DNA of 17,423 bases from Octopus sinensis (Eukaryota). This document shows, one piece after another, positions 1 through 9,906 of this stretch. A model generated the notes under the pieces. It saw only the letters and a list, made by a program, of their open reading frames with translations. It searched no databases and had not been told where the DNA came from. The DNA lies in the NCBI RefSeq assembly GCF_006345805.1, contig NW_021824934.1, positions 1 through 17,423 of the forward strand, given 5' to 3'. The number at the start of each line of letters is the position of its first letter. Position 1 is the stretch's first letter. Both the position numbers and the translations under genes were made by a program.

Positions 1-149
1 GCTGTGTAGTAAGTAGCTTGCTAACCAACCACATGGTTCCGGGTCCGTCCCCTGCGTGGCATCTTGGGCAAGTGTCTTCTGCTATAGCCCCGGGCCGACC
101 AATTCCTTCTGAGTGGATTTGGTAGACGGAAACTTAAAGAAGCCTGTCG

Positions 150-186
<37 letters not shown>

Positions 187-398
187 ATGTGTTTGTGTGT
201 CTGTGTTTTTCCCCCTAGCATTGCTTGACAACCGATGCTGGTGTGTTTACGTCCCCGTCACCTAGCGGTTCGGCAAAAGAGGCCGATAAAATAAGTACTG
301 GGCTTACAAAGAATAAGTCCCGGGGTCGATTTGCTCGACAAAAGGCGGTGCTCCAGCATGGCCGCAGTCAAATGACTGAAACAAGTAAAAGAGTAAAA
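1..398 (+). mobile_element. tRNA-derived CORE-type composite SINE, family A (octopus OR2-like), nearly full length, 5' end cut by window edge
   Basis: tRNA-like head with degenerate B box (GGGTCCGTCCC; GGGTTCAGTTCC in the copy at 4263-4640). CORE-like CATCTTGGGCAAGTGTCTTCT, internal (TA)n/(TG)n tract, then a 3' module ending AAACAAGTAAAAGAGTAAAA. Homologous segments recur at 4263-4640, 9907-10070, 11144-11345, 16449-16612 and 16872-17104. The OR2 assignment is from memory. Confidence 0.85.
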
Positions 399-1339
399 CG
401 GTTCAATTTATGAGATATTCTTTGGAAAAGCATCTTCTACTCCGAGGGATGCGCCACAAGCAGTTGCATAATATCCCATCTGCGAGGAATCGATGCAAGA
501 TTGGTCGCCATTTACGTTGTGAACAATAAAGCCTCTCGTACATTCCATTTTCCTCTCTCTATCTTTTGCTATATATACACACACTCACACACTCACACAC
601 ATGTAGTTACATATACAGATGCATGTGTACATAAGCATATATGCATATGTATATGTGTGTGTGTGTGTATGCGTGCAGAGATATGTGATCTAGATATTCG
701 TGGCTGTGATCAACCTGCTTTTTATTTTCTTTGGAACATGGCAAACTGTTACCTCATTAAATCGCGGAATCGTTTAGAAAAACCATTAAAAAATGTCATA
801 AAAAATTAACTAAATTGAAAAAAAAAATGCTGGCGATTTAGCGTAATTACTTTAGATATATCTGCCTTCCCCAATTTCCAAGAGCGCTTTCTTCTTTCAT
901 AAAATGGAAACGTATTGAAAGCGATTCCATTTCGAAAACGAAATGTTCACATTCTTTTTTTATTTTTTTTTTTGCTTTCGTATTTTGGTTCTGATATACA
1001 TAGTCTGTTGTCTTTTGGATTGACGAACGTTCTTGTGGTGATATTGGTTCTGTTTCGATAAAGTAAGCTTGTTATTTGATATCAAGTAAGGATTGCTGGC
1101 TAATTACACAGAAAAACACACACACACACACACATACACACTGCATACATATACATATATCCACAGACACACACATTTAGTTATTTCTGTGTATCCTATG
1201 GTGCGAGCATTTGATAATGGGTATAAGATTATATACATTTATATATATCCAATTATATACGCTGCGTGTATATGTGTAAATGTATGAATATATACAGAAC
1301 ATACTCACAGGCACATATGTTTGTCTATGTGTGTGTTAG

Positions 1340-1398
1340 TGTGCGTGTGTTTAATTATACTTATAGGAATATATATACATACATATATGGATATATGC

Positions 1399-1442
<44 letters not shown>

Positions 1443-1785
1443 ATATATATATAAATATATATATATATATTCACACATACAAACACACATATATACACAC
1501 ATATATATATGTATATATATATATATATCTATATATATGCGTCATACACAGATGTGGAACAATTATTTTCATTTGTGTAGTCGTGTGCACGTGTCTAAAT
1601 TTTATGTATATTTATGCCTATGCAATTATATATCCTATGATACTGCGTATATTATATATATTAATATATATATATATATAAATATATATTTGCACATGTA
1701 TATATTTACAGATATATATATATATACATATATATATAAATATATATATATATATTCACACATACAAACACACATATATACACAC

Positions 1786-1816
<31 letters not shown>

Positions 1817-1921
1817 TGCGTCATACACAGATGGAACATATTATTCATTTGTGTAGTCGTGTGCCACGTGTCTAACATTTATGTATATTATGCCTATGCA
1901 ATTATATATCCGTGATACTGC

Positions 1922-1961
<40 letters not shown>

Positions 1962-2200
1962 TATATATAAATATATATTTGCAACATGTATATATTTACA
2001 GATATATATATATATATTACATATATATATATTATATATATGCATATATATATACATACACATATATATATATTTACACACACACACACACATATATATG
2101 TGTGTATATATATATATATGTATATATTTTTATATATATATATGTCTGTATATATTGATGTACATGCAAAACATTCACACACACTCGCACGCACAAACGC
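1340..2200. repeat. (TA)n/(CA)n compound microsatellite field containing a ~285 bp tandem duplication (about 1451-1735 and 1736-2025)
   Basis: The unique core GCGTCATACACAGATG...CATTTGTGTAGTCGTGTG...TGCCTATGCAATTATATATCC...GATACTGCG occurs twice in direct orientation. Confidence 0.9.
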
Positions 2201-3185
2201 ATGCACACATATATGCAAACTGCGACACAAACAGAAATACCTCTAAGGCTGAAAACGAAGCCAAGCAATAAAGAAAGAGAAAAAGAAAACTATTGTCTTT
2301 AATGAGAATGCAAGAAGGAAGGCAACAATATAAAGAACAACAACACAATGACAATGATAATAATAATAATAATGATAACAAAAACAACACACAATGCAAT
2401 TGATAATAATACTAGATATAACAACAGCAAAAAAGATCAGTAGTATACGCATTCAAGTACGTAGCCACTTCTTCAACGACAAGTTCTAAACTCAATTTAA
2501 ACGCCAAGAACAACAAGGAAAATTATAATGTTGACAGCAAAACACCATACATTCAAAAATTCACCCCAACCCTCGAAATGCAAAAAAAAAAAAAAAAAAA
2601 TTCAACGAACAAACCAATAAAAAAGCAAAAAACAACTACCATATGATCACAGCTAAGAGTTTTGGAAGCTAAATTTAAATCAATTTACGACTGATCCATT
2701 TTTTTTTGTTTAATTTTTGAAATATCTTTTACGTTTCTTTTTTGACAAACTTTTCAAACATATTGTTTTTTGTTTGTTATTTATGTATTGTTCTTTTAGT
2801 TTTATTTAGAAATTATTTGTTCCCCATTTAAAATTTTTTTTTTAGTTTTATCATAGGAATAATTAAAAAAAATAACACAAACAAAAAAAAAAAAACATGA
2901 AATTAAAAGTAAAAAAAAAATTACGAATGAAATACAAAAATATTCAGAACAAAAAGTTACAAAAATATATTTTCCAAAAAAAAAAAAAATAAAAACGAAA
3001 ATTTTCAAAACTGGAAATAAAAAAAAGCCCCAAAACAACAAAGTAATAAATTTGCCCCCCCCCCACCCCCCCCAAAAAAAACAAGAAGAGATTCTAAGTC
3101 TACTTTAAAAGCATTTCAATCACCAATATCGATCAAAATTATTGCTAAAAAAATTATATAAACAAATTCCAAGTTAAAGAAATCG

Positions 3186-3228
3186 ACAACAACAACAACA
3201 ACAACAACAACAACTACAACAATAATAA
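3186..3228. repeat. (ACA)n trinucleotide microsatellite
   Basis: Directly visible. Confidence 0.9.
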
Positions 3229-3289
3229 ATATTATCAATAATAGTCATATTAAAAAGAAATGGGTTCACATACTTGGTGTTGGTATCGA

Positions 3290-3368
<79 letters not shown>

Positions 3369-3381
3369 CATTATTATTATC

Positions 3382-3452
<71 letters not shown>
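3290..3452. repeat. (ATT)n microsatellite, ~160 bp
   Basis: Directly visible. It is the source of the poly-I/L/Y ORFs in the track. Confidence 0.95.
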
Positions 3453-3791
3453 TTATGGTTAATGGTGTTAGAGTTTCATTTTCTGATAAACCTTAGTCTG
3501 TTCTGTTTTTTTTTGTTTTATTACTTTCTTTTATTTTTCTTTTTGGTTTGCTTGATATTTTTACTTTTGCTTTTGTTTTTCTTTTTCTTCCACGCCATTC
3601 TTCATTTCAAGATGGAAACGTATGACGCATTCTTTAAGTTTTCTTCAATATTTGCTATGTTTATTTAAAATTTTAACTTTTAACTCTAAAACTTTATAGG
3701 TCTTCCGAAGCATCAATATATTGAATACTTATGTCTTACGTAACGTTGCTATTGCTCTCATTGCCATTGTTGTTGCTATTGTCGTTCCCGC

Positions 3792-3963
3792 TGTTGTTGT
3801 TGTTGTTGTTGTTCTTCTTCTTCTTCTTCTTCTTCTTCTTCTTCTTCTTTCGTACGTTCAGCTTTTATCTAACCACCCCCACACAAATTATGATTCGTCC
3901 TTGTCATGCACCCAGCGTCTGGTATCATCTCTTCAATGTAATAGAAGTCATCATCATTATAGT

Positions 3964-4000
<37 letters not shown>
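3792..4000. repeat. Compound trinucleotide repeats (GTT)n(CTT)n at 3792-3849 and (ACT)n at 3964-4000
   Basis: Directly visible. Confidence 0.9.
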
Positions 4001-4001
<1 letters not shown>

Positions 4002-4010
4002 TTTAATCGT

Positions 4011-4200
4011 TTCTATTACTTGTTTCAGCTGTTGAACTGCGGCCATGCTGAAGTTTTTCAACGAACGAATCGACCCAATTATTTATCTCTTAGAGCCTGC
4101 TTCTTACACTATGGGTTTCTTTTACCGAAATGTTCAGTTAGGGTGAGGTAAATAAATAAACACCGGTTGTCAAACACAAAAACTGACACACACAAATTTG
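4011..4200 (-). mobile_element. Old, diverged 3' module of family A SINE
   Basis: TTACTTGTTTCAGCTGTTGAACTGCGGCCATGCTG...GAATCGACCC...CACCGGTTGTCAA aligns with the reverse complement of 1-398 with many mismatches. Confidence 0.7.
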
Positions 4201-4213
4201 CGTGCACACTCAT

Positions 4214-4249
<36 letters not shown>

Positions 4250-4262
4250 TATGTATATATAT

Positions 4263-4640
4263 TTTACTCTTTTATTCTTTTACTTGTTTCAGTCATTTGA
4301 CTGCGGCCAGGCTGGAGCACCGCCTTTAGTCGAGCAAATCGACCCCGGGACTTATTCCTTGTAAGCCCAGTACGGGGACGTAAACACACCAGCATCGGTT
4401 GTCAAGCAATGCTAGGGGACAAACACAGATACACAAACATATACACACATATATATATATATATATATACATATATACGACGGGCTTCTTTCAATTTCCG
4501 TCTACCAAATCCACTCACAAGGCATTGGTCGGCACGGGGCTATAGCAGAAGACACTTGCCCAAGATGCCACGCAGTGGAACTGAACCCGGAACCATGTGG
4601 TTGGTAAACAAGCTACTTACCACACAGCCGCTCCTGCGCC
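4263..4640 (-). mobile_element. Full-length family A SINE with an internal ~38 bp deletion
   Basis: Reverse complement of 1-398 with an intact 5' end (GGCGCAGGAGCGGCTGTGTGG). It reads GCCCAGTAC|GGGGACG where copy 1-398 has an extra TTATTTTATCGGCCTCTTTTGCCGAACCGCTAGGTGAC. Confidence 0.9.
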
Positions 4641-4646
4641 CTGCGC

Positions 4647-4680
<34 letters not shown>

Positions 4681-4944
4681 ATGGATGAATACATTTTCCT
4701 ATGTTTACAGTTAACACGGAAAATTCAATAAACATTTACCAGGGTAGCAAAATTCACGCAAGTAACAAGTATGTAGCAACCTATTCAAAGTTACAAACTC
4801 CGGGTTAATGTGCAGTAATTTGTATAGTATGAGTAAATAAATGGAGTTGAGCGCAGATGTTATTCAAATTCTTTTGCTTTCGACATGTTTCGAAGACAAC
4901 ATTGGTTTTATTCCAAGGAAAAACGGTATAAAATAATGTATGTA

Positions 4945-5081
4945 AATGGTATTTATTTCACCGGTTCCGAACGGATGAAAAGCTAAGTCGACCTCAGCGG
5001 AATTTGAACTCGGAACGTAAGGTCGGACGAAAGCCGCTAAGCATTTTCCCCGGCGCGCTAAAGATTCTGCCAGCTCGCCAC
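4945..5081 (-). mobile_element. tRNA-derived SINE family B, 3'-truncated copy
   Basis: Minus strand: TGGCGAGCTGGCAGAATC (A-box region)...GAGTTCAAATTCC (B box)...GAGGTCGACTTAGCTTTTCATCC. Homologous to 5656-6236 and 7181-7393. Confidence 0.8.
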
Positions 5082-5099
5082 ATTAATAATAATATATGA

Positions 5100-5215
5100 T
5101 AATGATGACCATGACGATGCTGCTACTGCTGCTGCTGCTGCTGATGATGATAACTTTGGTTAACTTTACTGTGGAGATTGTTATGGAGATTACTACTGCT
5201 ATGGAGATTGTTAAA
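5100..5215. repeat. (GAT)n/(GCT)n trinucleotide run followed by three TGGAGATT repeats
   Basis: Directly visible. Confidence 0.7.
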
Positions 5216-5558
5216 TATCTTCGTAGATATGATCAAGGAACACTTTGAAGACGAATAACTACATCATAATGAACCGAAAGGATACTGGGAAAATTCAAGA
5301 GAGATAAATGACCAATTATTAATCGATAAAATCGTTATAAAAAATTGCAAGTGAAGATGATTTGGTTTAGCAACTGCATAGATCGATTACAAAAAAAAAA
5401 AAAAAGAAAAAAGTAAAATAATTTGGTCCTCTACTTTTGGATTTGAAGACAGTGGAAAATATTTAAAATTACAGACCGTACTTCAGTGCTACATGCAAGC
5501 AAGGAAACTTGGAAAGCCGAATTAACATGAAGGGGACAGCCCGTTGGGTAAATCAAAA

Positions 5559-5632
5559 TACCGTATTTGATGGGATATAAAAGAAAATTCTTCCGAGAAA
5601 ACTTTCCCCCCAAATCGCCCCGGTTCTACACA
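5559..5632 (+). mobile_element. Possible old Tc1/mariner-pogo-type MITE terminus
   Basis: TACCGTATTT...TATAA...TTCCCCCCAAATCGCCC resembles the TACCGTATTT...TATAAG terminal motif of pogo-like non-autonomous elements (from memory). No partner TIR was found. Confidence 0.2.
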
Positions 5633-5655
5633 TCCTGGATACGAATTGGGCCCAT

Positions 5656-5856
5656 ATTGGTTTCAAATTTTGGTACAAGGCTAACAGTTTCAGAGGAAGG
5701 ACTTAAGTCCATTACATCGACCTAAGCGCTCAACTGGTCCTTATTTTATCGACCCCGAAAGGGCAAAAAAAGTCGACCTCGGAGGAATTCATTGAGATCA
5801 GAACATAAAGACGAACGAAATCCGCTAAGCATTTTATCCGGAGTGCTAATTATTCT
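5656..5856 (-). mobile_element. SINE family B, older subfamily copy (B2)
   Basis: ACTGGTCCTTATTTTATCGACCCCGAAAGG...AGTCGACCTCGG...GCTAAGCATTTT. Its tail TTTCAAATTTTGGTACAAGG is shared with the copy at 7181-7393. Confidence 0.8.
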
Positions 5857-6039
5857 TATTTCTTTACTACCCACAAGGGCCACACACAGAGGGTACAAAC
5901 AAGGACAGACAAATGGATTAAGTCGATTATATCGACCCCAGTGCGTAACTGGTACTTATTTAATCGACCCGGAAAGGATAAAAGGCTAAGTTGACCTCGG
6001 CGGAATTTGAACTCAGAACGTAGCGGCAGACGAAATACC
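5857..6039 (-). mobile_element. SINE family B, young subfamily, lacking the A-box head (B3)
   Basis: Near-identical to 6040-6236 over ~160 bp. On the minus strand it begins at GGTATTTCGTCTGCCGCTACG and ends with the tail GTAGTAAAGAAATA. Confidence 0.9.
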
Positions 6040-6236
6040 TATTTCTTTACTGCTCACAGGGGGCTACACACAGAGGGGACAAACAAGGACAGACAAACGG
6101 ATTAGGTCGATATAATCGACCTCAGTGTGTAACTGGTACTTATTTAATCGACCCCGAAAGGATGAAAGGCAAAGTCGACCTCGGCGGAATTTCAACTCAG
6201 AAGCATTTCGCCCGGTGTGCTAACGCTTCTGCCAGC
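6040..6236 (-). mobile_element. SINE family B, young subfamily with A-box head and internal ~24 bp deletion (B4)
   Basis: It has the head GCTGGCAGAAGCGTTAGCAC. The junction CAGAA|GCATTT lacks the CGTAGCGGCAGACGAAATACC segment seen in B3. Confidence 0.9.
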
Positions 6237-6252
6237 CTTAAGTTGGGCTTAT

Positions 6253-6357
6253 AAAAGTAAAGTAAAGTTCCTTTCCGAGTCATAGAATAATAGGGTCAGT
6301 TTCCCGGTTTCTATGTGGATAAATTCCCTACATGGCTGGGACTCTGTCCGTTGAAGG
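6253..6357 (-). mobile_element. Probable 3' tail fragment of a third SINE family (C)
   Basis: (AAAGT)n tail followed by TTCCGAGTCAT...AGGGTCAGTTTCCCGGTTTC, which resembles a remembered octopus SINE 3' end. Single copy in this window. Confidence 0.35.
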
Positions 6358-6848
6358 AAGTTGGACTTATATTACATATTTAATAATGCATTAAAAACTG
6401 TTTTCTTCCTCAATATGCGCTGCTGTAATTGGCGTACGTCTTAGATATCCATACATCTTTCACACCATCAAATTTATTCATTCTTCATGCCACCAAATAA
6501 GTAAATCGAATTATTTTATAAACCTATTGCCTATCACAAGTATTGAACGGCATTATTCTTATCTCATTCCTCCTTAGAACCGAGAGAATTAGAAGCTAGA
6601 TATAACCGAAGATAGCTAACCGTTTGTTATTTATGGTTTACCTAAAGTTATTTGGCAAATATTGCAGGTAACTGGATATCGCTGTCAGTACAGTGAGAAT
6701 GTTTCGGATGAAGATCATGATGGAATTTGGTATTTCCATATTGTGGAATCATTGAGATGAAGAACGACGAATGCTATAAATGTGACAGGATATATTTATT
6801 AAGAGACAAGACACGGGAGATTGTCATGCTCGGTGGGTTTGTTTAAAG

Positions 6849-7065
6849 CAGGGATACTCAACCATTTTTTATCTATGGATCTCTTTGACCACTATCTTAT
6901 TTTCATGGATTCCCGTAGCCTTTCGATGTTTAAGGACTAGTTTTGCAGAATGTTATTTACTAATGTTTTCACACATTAATTTGTGGAGGTTGAACAATGT
7001 AAAATGCTAGAGAAAGAATCCTAGATGTTTTTGGTAATGCACACCCATACATACATCTAAACTTT
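6849..7065 (+). mobile_element. Possible hAT (Charlie-like) non-autonomous DNA transposon fragment
   Basis: It starts CAGGGATACTCAACC, similar to the CAGGGGTTCTCAACC/CAGTGGTTCTCAAC termini of hAT-Charlie elements. The second TIR is not seen and the right boundary is uncertain. Confidence 0.35.
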
Positions 7066-7180
7066 AAAGGATAGAAATGTTTATGGAATTAAGACGGATT
7101 GCATAAAGGATTATATAGAAGACAGAAGAAATACAAAACAAAATCAGGAGGGTATATTTCGGAAAGGTAAAGAAAATACT

Positions 7181-7393
7181 GATTTTCAATTTTGGCACAA
7201 GGCCTGCAATCTCGGGAGAGATATAAGTCGATTACATCGACCAGAGTAGTCAACTGGTTCTTATTTTATCGACCTAGAAACGATGAAAGGTAAAGTCGAC
7301 CCCGGCGGAATTTGAAATTAGAGTGTGAAGACGGACGAAATGCCGCCAAGCATTTTTCCACGGCGTGCTAACGATTCTGACAGAACACCGCCT
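7181..7393 (-). mobile_element. SINE family B, full-length older subfamily copy (B5)
   Basis: Minus strand: GGCGGTGTTCTGTCAGAATCGTTAGCACGCCG...TTTCAAATTCCGCCGGGGTCGACTTTACCTTTCATCG...GGTCGATGTAATCGAC...GCCTTGTGCCAAAATTGAAAATC. Confidence 0.85.
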
Positions 7394-8222
7394 TTGGAAA
7401 AGAGAATATTAAAAGTCAGATTTATTAGCATACATACGATCACAGTCTAAATCTCAAGAGATCTAACCATCAGATACCGCTCTGACGAAATAGAGAGAGG
7501 AGAATTTTGAGACGGAATTAAAAAATGGAAATAACTAACAATCTCTGTAGATTTATACTCACAGGCAGATTTTATTTCTAAAATAAAAAGAAGAAAAAAG
7601 AGAAAAAAGACTGATAGGAAATGGAGAGTGTAAGACTGTGCAAGAAGAGGCAGAGAGTTTAATAAAGAGATTTACTGAGACAGATGAGGATGAGTTTGAT
7701 AGAATTGCTGAAAATTTATTTACTTATTTATTTTTGATATCGTGTTTGCTGGAATATGTTCATAAAAAATCAAATTTTAAGTAATTGTCAGTCAGTCCAA
7801 TATAATTCATAGTGCCTGTTGTTATTTGGTCGGAATTTAGTATACTATTAAAGCTTTCGAAATATAATTACTGGAAAAGGAGAATTTGATTTTTTGGTGG
7901 CGGAGTAATACAAATTGTGAGTAGGAAAAGAATCCATATTGTTGTCAATGAGAAAGTATTTGGAATTAAGATTGTAAATTGAGAAATTGCAAAACATTTA
8001 CAGTAAGAAGCGATTACCTTGACTGAATTCCCGTTAAAAGTTTTATGATCCCTGCGATACACACGAGAATAAAGTAAAATTTAATAATATTCTGAGAATA
8101 TGTGTGCATATATGTTGAAAGTAAGAGCTAGTTTATATCACAAAATGTTTCTAGGTCTATTTTACGATTGGGGATATTAATGGCGGATGTATATGGCCAT
8201 TCACCATAATATAAACAATCTC

Positions 8223-8715
<493 letters not shown>

Positions 8716-9126
8716 ATGACATTCATCGAACCAGAAATCATACAACATCATCCAGTATCATACAATTGCTTAGTGAACTCTTTAACAATGCAGACATAGG
8801 CTTTCGCCGCCAAGGACATTTAAAGAGCACATAATTGAAATATAATTCTGCTAGCGGTTTGCGATTACATGCCGCCATCATTCTCGTATAACGACAATCA
8901 GCGAAGAACAGTAAAACAGGTAAGCCATAAAGGTGTTGAGTAGTTCAAGAAGTAAAACAAATTAAACACACAGTAAAGTGTGATATAGTTTATTAAAGCA
9001 GCATCAATCGATGTGTGAAATAATCTACAACCATAAAACCGCCCAGATAATACTTAATACAAAACATTCGGTATGTAATGTGTATATATATATATGTGTG
9101 TATGTGCCTATGTGGTTCACCATATG

Positions 9127-9170
<44 letters not shown>

Positions 9171-9199
9171 CATATGTGAACACACATAGACACACACAT

Positions 9200-9620
9200 A
9201 TATATGTATATGTTTATATGTATGTATATATGTATTTATGTATATATATATGTATATCTATCTATATGTAAATATGTAAATAGATGTATATATATATATA
9301 CATGTGTGTGTATATATGTGTATCTATATATATGTATGCATATATAGTTTATAACATGTACACATATACATATACATGTACATACATATATGTATATAAA
9401 TATATATCTATATATACATACATATGCTCCTAGAAACACATGCTTATATATATGCATGTATGTATGTAGATATATATATATATGTGTATATATATATATA
9501 TATATACATATTTGTATATACATATACATAAATGCACACCTATTTATGTATATGTATAAATGAATAAATACACGCACACACATATACATATATATATACA
9601 TTCGTAAATGTGTATTTATG
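9200..9620. repeat. Degenerate (TA)n/(TATG)n/(CA)n microsatellite field
   Basis: Directly visible. Confidence 0.85.
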
Positions 9621-9834
9621 TAACATGAATGTATACACGCCTACAGTGTAAGGCCTTAAGAGGAAAAGTAGTTAATAAATATTACAGTATATAGATATTT
9701 ATTTTTAAGCTGATGGTACTTCGGCCTGTTGCTGAAAACAGTTTGCTGCGCTTCGCGTTCGATTCGGTGAGCCGCGAGAAGACTAGAAAATTCTGAATTG
9801 CTCGAAAGCTATGCAACGACTATCTTTCTCTCTG

Positions 9835-9900
<66 letters not shown>
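9835..9900. repeat. (TATC)n tetranucleotide microsatellite
   Basis: Directly visible. It lies where the internal microsatellite of the adjacent family A copy is expected. Confidence 0.95.
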
Positions 9901-9906
9901 CATATG

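Noticed and set aside
21-413. Similar short ORFs recurring at 21-413, 4409-4681, 5792-5989, 9798-10043 and 16873-17085
   Set aside because: The recurrence is due to SINE copies, not a gene family.
412-531. 39-codon ORF MRYSLEKHLLLRGMRHKQLHNIPSARNRCKIGRHLRCEQ
   Set aside because: It is short and unrecognised, with no supporting splice or promoter context.
501-2452. ORF-track entries rich in YI/HT/CV/IY repeats (also 8128-8722, 9236-9601, 15927-16192)
   Set aside because: They are translations of (TA)n, (CA)n and (TG)n microsatellites with no domain-like content.
2280-3700. Alternating A-rich and T-rich low-complexity blocks that might be a large degenerate palindrome
   Set aside because: No specific complementary unique words could be aligned by eye. 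It looks like low-complexity or low-quality sequence.
3260-4035. ORFs with poly-I/L/Y/V/F/T runs resembling membrane proteins
   Set aside because: They are products of (ATT)n, (GTT)n, (CTT)n and (ACT)n repeats.
4570-4640. tRNA-like segments (also at 1-60 and in family B heads) as true tRNA genes
   Set aside because: They are embedded in SINE bodies and show no complete cloverleaf.
5857-6236. Direct repeats containing GTCGAC palindromes as a CRISPR-like array
   Set aside because: The units are ~180-200 bp SINE copies with no unique spacers, and the context is eukaryotic.
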